Positions 38,431-48,975 are shown, counted from the first letter of the stretch. The stretch: 64,000 nucleotides of DNA from Dehalococcoidia bacterium (GCA_963555985.3 OY820591.1:1-64000); one strand, 5' to 3'. The notes: generated from the sequence alone by a model not told the origin. A program made the numbers and translations.

Positions 38431-39339
38431 ATGAATATCGCCGAACTGGGCAAGTCCCCCCACGCCGACCCGCTGGTCAAGACGATCCTGGAGCACGACC
38501 TGGCGCGCCACATCGTCGAACTCGACGCCTATGGCTTCACCGTGATCCCACCCGAAAAGCTGGGCACCTCCCCCGGCTTCGCCGAGCGCCTGCGCGACGC
38601 CATCCTCAACACCTATCAGAAGCGCCACGACGTCACGATCGACGACTGGCGCACCGCCGACCTTGAGGTGCCGCCGACCAAGGCCTGGCAACTCGTCGAC
38701 GAAGACGACGTCATCACCGAGGCCGTCCTCAATCCGGTCGCGCTCACCATGGCCCGCTGGCACTGCGGCCAAAGCGCCCTCCTCGGCGGCACCTCCTACA
38801 TCATCAAGCCGCCCCACGAGCAGAACTACCTCGCCATCCACAACGACACCCACGGCGTGCCCCCGCCCCAGGCCGCCTACACCCACCTCGTCAACACCAG
38901 CTGGGTCCTCACCGACTACGAATCGCGCGAAGACGGCCCTACCGTGTTCGTGCCCGGCTCCCACCGCTGGGGCCGCGCCCCCGCGCCCCACGAGACCAAC
39001 TTCTGGGAGTGGGACGACGACGAAGACCGCCTCTACGAACCCGTCCCGATCCAGGCCAAGGCCGGCTCGCTCGCCGTCTGGGGCGGCAACACCTGGCACG
39101 GCGCCATGAACCGCCAGAGCACCGGCCTCCGCGTCACCCTCGTGCTCGTCTGGATCCGCTCCTACATGCAGCGGCTCAACATGTGGGACGAAGGCGCCGT
39201 CTCCCCCGAACGCCTCGAACGCTACCCCGAACTGCACAAAATCCTCGGCTACGACCACCCCTACCCCTTCCGCGAGGAAGTCGACAAAACCGACAAGATC
39301 ATGGAAATGATCGCCCCCGGTCAGGACCAGTTCGCGTGA
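38431..39339 (+). CDS. PhyH family dioxygenase
   Basis: HND, EDGPT.FVPGSH, TWHG, R. Confidence 0.88.
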   Translation: MNIAELGKSPHADPLVKTILEHDLARHIVELDAYGFTVIPPEKLGTSPGFAERLRDAILNTYQKRHDVTIDDWRTADLEVPPTKAWQLVDEDDVITEAVLNPVALTMARWHCGQSALLGGTSYIIKPPHEQNYLAIHNDTHGVPPPQAAYTHLVNTSWVLTDYESREDGPTVFVPGSHRWGRAPAPHETNFWEWDDDEDRLYEPVPIQAKAGSLAVWGGNTWHGAMNRQSTGLRVTLVLVWIRSYMQRLNMWDEGAVSPERLERYPELHKILGYDHPYPFREEVDKTDKIMEMIAPGQDQFA

Positions 39340-39665
39340 TCGCGATCTGGGTCAAAGTCAGAGTCAAACCCGAAGGCCGCCAACGCTTCCTCCAGGGCAT
39401 CGAAACCGATGCCCTGGGCTCGGAGCAAAACGAGCCCGGCTGTATGCGCTTCAACGTCCTCCAGGACGGCGAAGACGAGAACGTCTACTACTTCTACGAG
39501 GTCTACGAGAACGAAGCCGCCCTCGAAGCCCACCGCCGGCAGCCCCACTACGCCGCCTGGGCCGCCGTCGCCGACACCCTCGAAGGCGACATCGAGATCA
39601 CCAGAACCGCAACCGTCTTCCCCGCAAACGAGGCATACTGGAGGTCAACCAAAGCAGGCGCATAA
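39336..39665 (+). CDS. antibiotic biosynthesis monooxygenase (ABM/LsrG-like)
   Basis: EPGCMRFNVLQ, FYEVY, AH...PHY..W. Confidence 0.85.
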   Translation: MIAIWVKVRVKPEGRQRFLQGIETDALGSEQNEPGCMRFNVLQDGEDENVYYFYEVYENEAALEAHRRQPHYAAWAAVADTLEGDIEITRTATVFPANEAYWRSTKAGA

Positions 39666-39684
39666 CCCGCGAGGAGCCGTGACC

Positions 39685-40029
39685 ATGACCAGCGAGATCG
39701 ACGATCTCAGCGAGGTCAACGAGCAGCAGTACACGATCAACAAGCAGCGGCTCCTGGAGACCGTCTGTGGCGAGTACCGTGTCAAGCGGCTGGAGTTGGT
39801 CAGCCTCCGCGACGAAGGCCCACTCGAGGTCGACGAACGCAATACCGAGCTGATCGTCACCTACGAGAAAGGCTTCGCCCTCCCCTGGATGGCGGAGTAC
39901 ACGGGCCTGCTGCGTCACCTCGAAGCGATCTACAACCACGAGGTCGCATTGAACATGGATGGCTCAGACGCGGCTGAGAGCCTGTGCAAGCGCCCAACCG
40001 ACCGTCGCAGGGTGATCTATGGGGCCTGA
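39685..40029 (+). CDS. degenerate minimal nucleotidyltransferase (MNT)-like antitoxin
   Basis: C..Y.VKRL.L and C-terminal R.VIY.A pattern; overlaps the HEPN gene. Confidence 0.6.
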   Translation: MTSEIDDLSEVNEQQYTINKQRLLETVCGEYRVKRLELVSLRDEGPLEVDERNTELIVTYEKGFALPWMAEYTGLLRHLEAIYNHEVALNMDGSDAAESLCKRPTDRRRVIYGA

Positions 40030-40396
40030 CTCACCCAAGTATCTGCGGCATGTCCTCACAGCCGGCGGGCAGATCGCCGCCTACACACGGAACATCACAT
40101 TCGATCAGTACACCACTGGATCGATGCGGATGGCTGCGGTCGAGCGGCAATTCATCACAGTTGGCGAAGCGATCCGCCGGTTAGTCGACCACGATGAAGA
40201 CACCGCGAAGCAGCTCGGAGGCTTCCGCGACGCCATCGATTTTCGCAATGTGCTGGTTCACCAGTATCACCGCGTGGAACAACAGAAAGTGTGGGAGGCA
40301 GTGCAGATTACGCTTCCGCGAATGCTGCGCGAGGTCGAATCACTGCTCGAAACCCACGACACTCCGCAAGAAGACCCACCAGGAGCAACCCCATGA
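40019..40396 (+). CDS. HEPN/DUF86 (HepT-like) RNase toxin
   Basis: AVERQFITVGEA, FRNVLVHQY (R-x4-H-x-Y), VW. Confidence 0.88.
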   Translation: MGPDSPKYLRHVLTAGGQIAAYTRNITFDQYTTGSMRMAAVERQFITVGEAIRRLVDHDEDTAKQLGGFRDAIDFRNVLVHQYHRVEQQKVWEAVQITLPRMLREVESLLETHDTPQEDPPGATP

Positions 40397-41214
40397 CCTA
40401 CCAAGAAGTCATCTACCAACCCGGACCCGTCGCCCGCCTGATCATGAACCGCCCCGAATACCGCAACGCCCAGTCCCGCGTCCTGCTCGAAGAGATCGAC
40501 CGCGCCCTGCGCGAGGCCGCCGACGACCCCCAGGTGCAGGTGATCATCCTCTCCGGCAACGGACCCGACTTCTCCGCCGGCCACGACCTCGGCTCGCCCT
40601 CCGAACTCGCCGACCGTGAGCTGCGCGGCTGGGCCGACGACTTCGTCGGCGTCTACGACCGCCAGCGCGACACCCGCATCACCAACACCCTCCGCTGGCG
40701 CAACATCCCCAAACCAACCATCGCGATGGTGCACGGCAAGTGCATCTTCGGCGGCTGCATGGTCGCCGCCTCAATGGACCTAATCTTCGCCTCCGACGAC
40801 GCGCTCTTCCTGCCCTCGCACACCCAGTACTTCCACGCCCCCTGGGACCTGGGCGCGCGCAAGGCCAAGGAACTGCTCTTCCAGAACCGCTTCATCCCCG
40901 CCCACGAAGCGCAGGAGCTGGGCTGGGTCAACCAGGTCTATCCGGCCGAAGCGCTGGAACGGAAGACGCTCGCCTACGCCGAAGAGGTCGCCGAGCATTC
41001 GCCCATGGCCCTGCGCCAGATCAAGTTCTCCGTCAACAACGCCCAGGACGCGCAGGGCTTCACCACCCACATCAACGCCGCCTTCCACGTCTACGCCACC
41101 GGCGCACGCTTCGGCAGCGCCGATCCGCGCCTGGTTCCCGGCCGCCGTCAACTCTCGCCCGTCGCTAGAGCGCTAGCCAAGCTCAAGAACGGACGCGGGC
41201 GCGACGGGCAGTAG
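40393..41214 (+). CDS. enoyl-CoA hydratase/isomerase family protein
   Basis: NRPE.RNA, FSAGHDL, KPTIAMVHG. Confidence 0.9.
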   Translation: MTYQEVIYQPGPVARLIMNRPEYRNAQSRVLLEEIDRALREAADDPQVQVIILSGNGPDFSAGHDLGSPSELADRELRGWADDFVGVYDRQRDTRITNTLRWRNIPKPTIAMVHGKCIFGGCMVAASMDLIFASDDALFLPSHTQYFHAPWDLGARKAKELLFQNRFIPAHEAQELGWVNQVYPAEALERKTLAYAEEVAEHSPMALRQIKFSVNNAQDAQGFTTHINAAFHVYATGARFGSADPRLVPGRRQLSPVARALAKLKNGRGRDGQ

Positions 41215-41242
41215 GCCATTCGCACGAGGGCGGGGCAGCCGA

Positions 41243-43600
41243 GTGACGCTACTTCAGGGTCTGCGAGTGCTCGAATGGAGCCGCGACGTCCCAGCCGCCG
41301 CCTGCGCACGCGAATTCGCCCGCTGGGGCGCAGACGTCACCTCCTTCGATCCGCCCGCCCGCTACAGCAACGCCGAACCAATCGTCGACGGCGTTTCGCT
41401 GCTCGAAGTCTCACTCTCGCAAGGCAAGCGCCAAGCGCCGCTACCAGCAGACTGGCCCGCCGCACTGACCGATACCGACGTCTTCATCACCGACGCGCCC
41501 CTGTCCGAACTGACCAAGCTCGGCCTCTCGGCGGACACCCTCGAACACGACCACCCCAACCTGGTCGTCCTCCACCTCTCCCCGTTCGGAACCACCGGCC
41601 CCTACGCCCACTACGCAGCCGACGATCTGGTCGTCCAGGCCCTCGCCGGATTCGCCGGCGCCAACGGACACCACGGCCGCGAGCCGCTTGCTGCCCCGGC
41701 CGCGATCATCCCGCGCGCAATCGGCGTCCTCGCCGCCGTGGGCGGGCTGGCGGCGCTGCTCGAGCGTATCCACTCCAACTGCGGACAGTGGATCGAACTC
41801 GCCTCAATCGAGGCCGTCTCGACCCTGATCATGTCCCTCCGTTCCGAGTTCTCCGGCAAAGCGATCCCGCGCGTCGGCGGGCCCGAGGGCTGGGCTGAGG
41901 TAATGCCCACCAGCGACGGCTACGTCACCCTCTCCGCCTGGTCGCGGGAAACCTTGCGCAACGCGCCCATCGCCTTCGACTGCGAACCGCCCCCGCCGGA
42001 GCTGCTGGAGGGCGAGGGGCGTTGGGCCGACCGCGACGCCTCCTTGGAATACATCCGCCCGCTAGTTTCGGAGCGTGCCTCATCCGAAGTCTTCCACCGC
42101 CTCTCCGAACTGGGCATCGTCATGGCCTGGCACCGCTCCGCCGCCGAGCTATTGGAAGACCGCCAACTCCGCGCCCTCGACTTCTTCACCGATGTATCCG
42201 ATTCGCACCTCCCGCCAATGACCGGCGCCGGACGCGGCGCGCGAGTAACCGAGACGACCGCAGACTGGCCCCGCAGAGACAACTTCGCCCAACGCGAGCG
42301 TCCGCACGCAACCCCCGGCCCGCTTGACGGCCTCCGCGTGGTCGATTTCACCCATGCCTGGTTAGGGCCGTACGCCAGTGGTCTGCTCTCCGACCTCGGC
42401 GCAGAGATCATCAAGATCGAAGGACCGAAGCGTCCCGACCTCTGGCGCTACGACGCCGGCGGCCCGCTGCCGGTCGCCGCTCCGAATGCGCATCCGCTCA
42501 ATGTGCGCGCCAATTTCAACATGGCCAATCGCGGCAAGCGCACGGTTTCGCTGGCGCTCGATACGGAGGCGGGACGCGAGCTAGCGCTCAAATTCATTGC
42601 GCGCGCGGACGTTGTCTTAGAGAACTTTCGCCCGCGCGTACTCGAAAACTTGCGCCTCACCCATACAGATATGCGCAAAGTCAATCCGCACATCGCCCTG
42701 ATCTCGTGGAGCGGCTTCGGTTCCGGCGGCCCCGACGACAACTACCGCGCCAACGGCGGCACGACCGAAGGCAACGCCGGCTGGGATCTGCTCTACGGCT
42801 ATCGCGGCGAAGCGCCGCTCCTGCTCGGCACAATGCAGGCCGACCCAATCGTCGGAGCGCAGATGGCCGCCGCCGCCCTCGCCGCCGCTTGGCGAGCGCA
42901 GCAGCACGCCGCCGGCGCGATCCGGATCGAAGGCTCGATGTTCCAGTCGGCGGTCGCCTACATCGACGAATACCTGCTCCAAGCCTCACTCGGAGCAGCC
43001 CCGCCAGAACGCAACGGCAATCGCATCCCCAACGCCGTCCCCCGCGAGTGCTTCCGCTGCAAAGACTCACCCTCCGGCGAGGACGAGTGGATCGCCATCT
43101 CAATCCTCGACGACGCCATCTGGCAATCGCTCGTCGGCGTAACCAACGGCCTGGACCGGCCCGAATGGAACACGCTCGAAGGACGTTGCGCCGATCGCGA
43201 TTCGCTCGAAGCAGCGCTCAGCGAGTACACCCGCGAATGGGACGCGCGCACACTCCAGGAGCGTCTGCAAGCGGCCGGCGTCGCGGCCGGCGTCGTGCAT
43301 TCAACGCTGACGCATCTCCGCGATCCGCATCTGGCCGCCCGCGACTGGTGGCTCCACCTGAACCACCCCGACACCGGCCTGCGCCAATACCAGGGCTTCC
43401 CCTGGCGTCTAAGCCGAACCCCGGCCTCGTGTCTCCGCCCCGCCCCCCGCATGGGCGAGCACACGCTCGAGCTCCTGCGCGAAACATTGGGCTGCGAAGA
43501 GAGCGAGATCAAGCAGTGGCTCGCAGACGAAGTCATCGCCGGCTTGACCGACTCGCGCAAAGAAGACGATCCCGCGCCGCGCCCAATCAGCCCCCGCTAG
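41243..43600 (+). CDS. two-domain family III (CaiB/BaiF) CoA-transferase
   Basis: Two modules: LQGLRVLE... and PLDGLRVVDF...LGAEIIKIE...NRGKR...ENFRP. Confidence 0.9.
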   Translation: MTLLQGLRVLEWSRDVPAAACAREFARWGADVTSFDPPARYSNAEPIVDGVSLLEVSLSQGKRQAPLPADWPAALTDTDVFITDAPLSELTKLGLSADTLEHDHPNLVVLHLSPFGTTGPYAHYAADDLVVQALAGFAGANGHHGREPLAAPAAIIPRAIGVLAAVGGLAALLERIHSNCGQWIELASIEAVSTLIMSLRSEFSGKAIPRVGGPEGWAEVMPTSDGYVTLSAWSRETLRNAPIAFDCEPPPPELLEGEGRWADRDASLEYIRPLVSERASSEVFHRLSELGIVMAWHRSAAELLEDRQLRALDFFTDVSDSHLPPMTGAGRGARVTETTADWPRRDNFAQRERPHATPGPLDGLRVVDFTHAWLGPYASGLLSDLGAEIIKIEGPKRPDLWRYDAGGPLPVAAPNAHPLNVRANFNMANRGKRTVSLALDTEAGRELALKFIARADVVLENFRPRVLENLRLTHTDMRKVNPHIALISWSGFGSGGPDDNYRANGGTTEGNAGWDLLYGYRGEAPLLLGTMQADPIVGAQMAAAALAAAWRAQQHAAGAIRIEGSMFQSAVAYIDEYLLQASLGAAPPERNGNRIPNAVPRECFRCKDSPSGEDEWIAISILDDAIWQSLVGVTNGLDRPEWNTLEGRCADRDSLEAALSEYTREWDARTLQERLQAAGVAAGVVHSTLTHLRDPHLAARDWWLHLNHPDTGLRQYQGFPWRLSRTPASCLRPAPRMGEHTLELLRETLGCEESEIKQWLADEVIAGLTDSRKEDDPAPRPISPR

Positions 43601-43659
43601 CGCCGCAATCCACCGCTCAACGGACCAGCCAAAAAGACCCGTACGTAAAATCGCAATTA

Positions 43660-44025
43660 ATCTCCCCTAGAGAGGCCGATGCATAACCCCATATCCGTCA
43701 TTCCCGCGCAGGGAGCCCGTTGCAAAATCCCCATTTCCGTCATTCCCGCGTAGGCGGGAATCTCGAAGCAACCAAGTATGAAACCGCTCCCAATCTGGTC
43801 GTACCACCGACCTCAGATCGCGCGATCCGCTCCTCCGAGCCCCCAATGCACCAGGATGAAATTTTGCAAAAGCCTGCCCCTGCGTAGAGACTGATGCATA
43901 ATTCCCTCCGCCGTCATTCCCGCGAACGCGGGAATCCAGTCTCCGTATCTGGTCAGCACTGGATGCCTGTTGAGTCGGAATAGCGGAAATGCGACAATTC
44001 AGGGGTTATGCATCGGCCTCCCCCA
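43660..44025. mobile_element. Nested REP/MITE cluster
   Basis: Outer IR GAGGCCGATGCATAACCCC / GGGGTTATGCATCGGCCTC; three dRS3-like units inside. Confidence 0.78.
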
Positions 44026-44086
44026 AAAGGACAGCTTGAGTGTACGTGCAAGCCGCCAAAGGAAAGAGAGGGGAGTATGAAGCCTG

Positions 44087-45030
44087 TTAGTCGCTCCCCA
44101 GACCGAAAGCTCGGAGATAGAACGCGCGGGCTTCAAGGGGAGTGAGCCCCTCGCCCAGCCAACTCTCGCCGATCCGGATCTCGAAGTGGAGATGAATATC
44201 CGTACCCGGTGCCGCGTAGCTCTCGCGTTGACCGCTCTCTCCGGGGTAGCCGATCAGTTGACCGCGGCTGACGTGGACGCCGACTCCGATCCCTGCCGCG
44301 ATGCGGCTGAGGTGGGCGTAGCGGGTGACCACGCCTCCGGCGTGTTCGATCCAGATTTGGCGTCCACGCAGTTCGTCGAGGATCTGCTCACCCTCAAAAG
44401 CGACCGCCTCGAAACGAGCCCAGTCTTCGGGCGTGACATCCACATAGTCGAGGTCAGCCCGAATCACAACCCCGTCTTTAGCCGCAAGGATGGGCGTGTC
44501 GTAGCTGACCGTCGTACAGGAGGCCCACTCATAGAAATCGAGGCCCTCATGGATGCCGTCGTTGCGGTAAGCGCGAGGAGCGGCGGGCAAGTGACCCTCG
44601 AACTCGGTCACGCAAGCGCCGGCGATGGGAACGATGAAACCGCTCAGCGGATCAGGTTCCTCGACTGTGACCGGTTCGATCACCTGGGACTGTTGAGTGG
44701 TCGGTTGCGACTGCGAAACCTGCGCTTGGATCGGCTCGCCAGACCGATCTGCTTGTTCTGGCGGAGACACTGTGCTCCGCGGCGGGGCGCTGGCGACGCT
44801 CTCGGTTGCCGCTGGCTCCTGCTGCTCAGGAGGCTGCTCGTCTCCAGTCGAGACTTGCACCGGCGGCGCTGGCTCAGGTCCGCCTTCGGCTCCGTCGCTC
44901 GAGGAGACGCCGAGCATTGCGATCGTGAATGCGATCGCGAACACGGCGACTGCTCCGAGCAGATAGACCCAGACGGGCCCGAGCAGCCAACTGGCGCGAT
45001 CGGGCGCGTCCGCCGAGCGCCGCCCGGCCA
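44087..45030 (-). CDS. membrane-anchored M23 family peptidase (start uncertain)
   Basis: TM segment, low-complexity linker, HEGLD, TRYAHL, HLHFEIR. Confidence 0.85.
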
Positions 45031-45080
45031 GTCGCTCTGCTGCGCTCCGGCCGCTCTTGGGCGAGTCTCCCCAAGGTCCC

Positions 45081-45299
45081 TCAGGACGGCGGATAGCCTT
45101 CCTCCTCCAGGGCGGCGTCGATCTGCGCGGGAGTCGCAGCGCCGGCGTCGTATGCCACCTCAACCCGCTTGGCGTCCACATCCACGGCCACACGATCCAC
45201 GCCGTCTAACGCCGTCAAGGCTTCGGTGATCGCGTGCGCGCAGTGTTCACAGGAGATATCGGGCGCGGTGCGCGTCAGAGTCGCCGTTGTCTCACTCAT
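45081..45299 (-). CDS. copZ: heavy-metal-associated copper chaperone
   Basis: DISCEHC, EEGY. Confidence 0.88.
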   Translation of the reverse strand: MSETTATLTRTAPDISCEHCAHAITEALTALDGVDRVAVDVDAKRVEVAYDAGAATPAQIDAALEEEGYPPS

Positions 45300-45434
45300 A
45301 GCTCATGCTCCTGATTGTCTTGCCGACTGGTGTTAATTCTACGCGCGCTTGCGGCGGAGGGGGTAGAGGATTCTGCCTGCTCTCGCCACCCCCTGCCGCT
45401 TCGTGACGCCCTCTCGCACCGCCAGGGGAGAGAA

Positions 45435-46217
45435 TCAGGCGAAGCGGCGGCCCAGCGCTGGTTCACGCTCCTGCGGGTTGAGCGTGGCGTGCAGCGCTTC
45501 GGCGTGGGCGCGGATTGCGGCTCGGTCGCTGAGGGGGGCGAGCCCGGCCGCTTCTTCGCCGTAGCGCTGTTCCAACGCCAGTGCAATCAGACGATCCGCC
45601 AAGCGTGGATTCTTGGGCAGAACGGCACCGTGGAGGTAAGTGCCGAAAGCGTTGCCGACGCGCGCGCCCTCGGAGCCGTCGCCGCCGTTGTTGCCGAAGC
45701 CGCTGACTACGTTGGCAAAAGCCGCTTGGCCCGTGTTGAGATAGCTGCGGCCGCCGTGATTCTCGAAGCCGACTACAGTGTCGCCCTCCCAGAGTGCGAC
45801 CACATTGCCGACGCAGCGGGCGATCTGAGGACCGGGGTGCGACGTGATCATGTCGAAGACGCCAATGCCCTCCATGATCTCCCCGTCCCAGCCGCGATAG
45901 TGCAGACCGAAGAGCTGATAGCCGCCGCAGACCGTGAGCGCCACGCCGCCGTCGCCCACCCAGTCGCGCAGCGCTTGTCCTCGGCGCTGGAGATCCAGCT
46001 GCACCCGCCGCTGCTCGCGATCCTGTCCGCCGCCGACCAGAATCAGGTCGGCCTCTTCGGGCGACCACTCGTCGCCGATATCGACGCCGCGCACGGTCGC
46101 CGATATCCCGCGCGCCTCGCAGCGGCGCTCGACCGCGCGGGCGTTGCCGCGATCTCCGTAGAGATTGAGCAGGTCGGGGTAGAGCACGGCGACCTTGAGG
46201 CTGCGTTCGGGGCTCAT
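45435..46217 (-). CDS. gatD: lipid II isoglutaminyl synthase glutaminase subunit
   Basis: LYPDLLNLYGDRGN, GGGQDREQ, CGGYQL, GFENHGG, TYLHG. Confidence 0.9.
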   Translation of the reverse strand: MSPERSLKVAVLYPDLLNLYGDRGNARAVERRCEARGISATVRGVDIGDEWSPEEADLILVGGGQDREQRRVQLDLQRRGQALRDWVGDGGVALTVCGGYQLFGLHYRGWDGEIMEGIGVFDMITSHPGPQIARCVGNVVALWEGDTVVGFENHGGRSYLNTGQAAFANVVSGFGNNGGDGSEGARVGNAFGTYLHGAVLPKNPRLADRLIALALEQRYGEEAAGLAPLSDRAAIRAHAEALHATLNPQEREPALGRRFA

Positions 46218-47632
46218 GCGACCTCCCAGAGCCGGGAACCACTCATGCGGCCAAGCCGTTGGCGCACATCGAGCATGGCCGTGTAGGTGGGCAGGATGAT
46301 CAGCGGCTCGCGCTCGGGCAGAGAGTCGAACGCCTGCCGCAAGGCGTCGCCGATGTCGTTCCGGATCGGCTCCCGGGCCGCAGGCAGGCCGGCATACTCC
46401 AGACGCAGGGCGATGTCCGCCGCCCGGCTGCCGCCGACCGTGAGGGCGGCGCAGTAATCCGCCTGCGATTCCCAGTCCACATCCCAGATCCAAGAGACAT
46501 CGGTGCCGTCGGCGATCCCGTCGTTGAGCAGGACGAGCAGGTGATGGCGCTGCCCCGGTCGCTGCAAGGTGCGCAGGGCCTGATTCAGGCCGGACGGGTT
46601 CTTACCCAGCAGGACGCGGACTCGGTGTCCGTCGATGACCAGTTCTTCCTGCCTCCCAAAGGCGGCGCGGTGAGCTTCCAGTCCGCGCCGAATCGCGTCG
46701 GCGTTGACGCCGAGCGCATAGGCGGCGGCGGCCGCGGCGAGGGCGTTATAGACGCTGTAGAGACCTTCCGCAGGCAGCGTGATCATCATCGGCTCGTACT
46801 TGGGCAGCGCGAGCGTGAACGCCATCCCGCCTTCGATGCTGGTAATCGCGTGGGCGGCGATCTCAGGCGTGGGGCGTTCGGCTCCGGCGTCGGTGTACCA
46901 GCGCCCAAGCTGAGCGAAGTAGCGTCGCCGATAGCGGAAATCGGCTTGAGTGACAGGATCCCAGACGGCGTCCATAATCTCTCCCGCAGGCGCGGGAGGA
47001 ACATCCGGATCTTCGATCCCGAAGCGCAGCGAGGGACCACGCCAACGATCGCTGAGCGAGGTAACCAGCGGATCGTCCACGTTGACCACCATTTGCGTGC
47101 CTGCGGAGAAATTGGCCAGTGCGTCCCCCCAGCGCAGCGCAATCGATTCGATCTCGCCGTAGCGGTCGAGCTGATCACGCATCAGGTTGGTGAAAACCGC
47201 AACCGTGGGCGGGACCGCTTCAGCGACGGAGGCGAGCGCAGCCTCGTCGGTTTCGAGCACGGCGGTGCGGCGTCGCGGCAGATGTCCGCTCGCGCCGGCG
47301 GCATCGATCAGGGCGGTCAAGACGCCGCGCATGAGGTTCGAACCCGCGCGGTTGTGGATCACCCCGCGGCCGCTCTCGCGCAGGATGCGGGCGAGCATCG
47401 CCGCAGTCGTGGTCTTCCCGTTGGTTCCAGTGATCAGGGCGGCGGCGGTGAGTTCTTCGGCAAGGCTGTGGGCCAGACCCGCATCGACGCGCTCGGCGAC
47501 CAAGCCCGGCAACGCGGTACCGCCGGAGCCGAACATACGCATCGCGCGGCGGGTCGCCTTGCCCGCCATCACCGCCGCCAACTGGCGCGCCGGCGCGGGA
47601 GCGTGCACTCTGGTCAAGCTCATAGTCGACAT
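46214..47632 (-). CDS. murT: lipid II isoglutaminyl synthase Mur ligase subunit
   Basis: ITGTNGKTTT, GSNL..G, NL.RDQLDRYGE, KNP.G, DG.DVSWIWD, TYTAML. Confidence 0.9.
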   Translation of the reverse strand: MSTMSLTRVHAPAPARQLAAVMAGKATRRAMRMFGSGGTALPGLVAERVDAGLAHSLAEELTAAALITGTNGKTTTAAMLARILRESGRGVIHNRAGSNLMRGVLTALIDAAGASGHLPRRRTAVLETDEAALASVAEAVPPTVAVFTNLMRDQLDRYGEIESIALRWGDALANFSAGTQMVVNVDDPLVTSLSDRWRGPSLRFGIEDPDVPPAPAGEIMDAVWDPVTQADFRYRRRYFAQLGRWYTDAGAERPTPEIAAHAITSIEGGMAFTLALPKYEPMMITLPAEGLYSVYNALAAAAAAYALGVNADAIRRGLEAHRAAFGRQEELVIDGHRVRVLLGKNPSGLNQALRTLQRPGQRHHLLVLLNDGIADGTDVSWIWDVDWESQADYCAALTVGGSRAADIALRLEYAGLPAAREPIRNDIGDALRQAFDSLPEREPLIILPTYTAMLDVRQRLGRMSGSRLWEVA

Positions 47633-47741
47633 ATCTGAATTTTAGGACGACGCGCGCGCCGTGCCGGCGTCTCGAGGGCGCAATGATCAGTCTGCGTTAA
47701 TTCAGTCAAATCAACGCGAACCGCAGACAGGGCAGCCCAAC

Positions 47742-48917
47742 TCAGGATTGTGACGGCACGGACTTCTCGCCGCGATCGCGAAGCGCCTCAATGATCTGCT
47801 CCAGTCCGACCACGCCCAGCAAGCGCCCATGTTCGACGACCGGCAAGACGAAAGCGTGATCTTTCTGCAAGCGCCGCAACGCCTCGTCGGCGGGAGCTTC
47901 GGGCGCGATTGGCTGGATCTGTCCAGCTGAGAGCATAATCTCGCGCATCCGCGCGTTGAGATAACGCTCTTCTTCGAGCAACAGAATCTGCGCGGCTGAA
48001 GCAATCCCGATCGCTGCGCCCTGCTCGGCCACGATGTAGGCGTCGTGATGCGCGAGCTGCTCACGCGACGGGACCAACGTGCGCACCAGCAGATCCGCCT
48101 CCACCGTCCGCGCTTGCGGCGGCGACAGCATCAGCTCGCCCACCCGCAGCTCGGCCAGATCGCGCTCCAACTCGGCTGCTTTCACGCCTTGCGACGCCTG
48201 CGAGGCCAGCAGCAAGCCGATGAAGATCAGCCAGAAACTGTTCAGCCCGCTCTCGAAGATCACCCAATCGAAGATCAGCCCGCCGATCCCGTAGAGGATC
48301 ATCAGCAGGCCAAGCCCCTGCCCGAGCCGCGCCGAGGCGCGGGTCGCGCGGTGCCGCGAACCCGTAATCCGCCAGATCGCCGCGCGCGCGACGCGACCGC
48401 CGTCCAGCGGGAAGCCCGGCAGCATGTTGAACGCGGCTAGGAAGCCGTTCAGCACGCCCAGGACGAAGATCAACGTGCCAACGGCAGAGCCGTCGGGCAG
48501 GACGAACAGCGCCAAGAGGATGAATACGGCCGCCAGCGCAGCCGACGCCAAGGGACCCACGATCGCGATCCAGAGCTCCTGTCCGGGCCGGCGCGAATCC
48601 TCGCGGATCAGCGAGACGCCGCCGAAGAAAAAGAGCGTGATCGAGGTCACTTCCATCCCGTAGCGGCGCGCGACCAGGCTGTGGGCGAGCTCGTGGATCA
48701 GAAGCGAGACGAAAAAGGCCACGCCGCCCGCGAGACCCAGCAGCCAACGCTCGAGGTCGCTCAAGCCGACAATCGCGTCGGGCAGCACCTGGGTGGCGAG
48801 CAGGAAGACGATCAGAGCGAAGATGAGGAAGAAGGACAGGTCGAGCCGAATCGGGATGCCAAGCACCCGTCCGGCCGGAATCCCGCTGCCGCCGATCATG
48901 CCGAAGCGCATGTCCAC
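47742..48917 (-). CDS. site-2 protease (M50) with CBS domains
   Basis: HELAH, FNMLPGFPLDGGR, C-terminal CBS. Confidence 0.92.
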   Translation of the reverse strand: MDMRFGMIGGSGIPAGRVLGIPIRLDLSFFLIFALIVFLLATQVLPDAIVGLSDLERWLLGLAGGVAFFVSLLIHELAHSLVARRYGMEVTSITLFFFGGVSLIREDSRRPGQELWIAIVGPLASAALAAVFILLALFVLPDGSAVGTLIFVLGVLNGFLAAFNMLPGFPLDGGRVARAAIWRITGSRHRATRASARLGQGLGLLMILYGIGGLIFDWVIFESGLNSFWLIFIGLLLASQASQGVKAAELERDLAELRVGELMLSPPQARTVEADLLVRTLVPSREQLAHHDAYIVAEQGAAIGIASAAQILLLEEERYLNARMREIMLSAGQIQPIAPEAPADEALRRLQKDHAFVLPVVEHGRLLGVVGLEQIIEALRDRGEKSVPSQS

Positions 48918-48975
48918 AGCATATGTCGCTCAGCATCGTTCGGAGCGGTCGCGGTCATTGCTCCGGTGACGCCGA

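Noticed and set aside
45300-45434. CsoR-type operator upstream of copZ
   Set aside because: Only a half-site (TACCCCC) is visible, with no palindrome.
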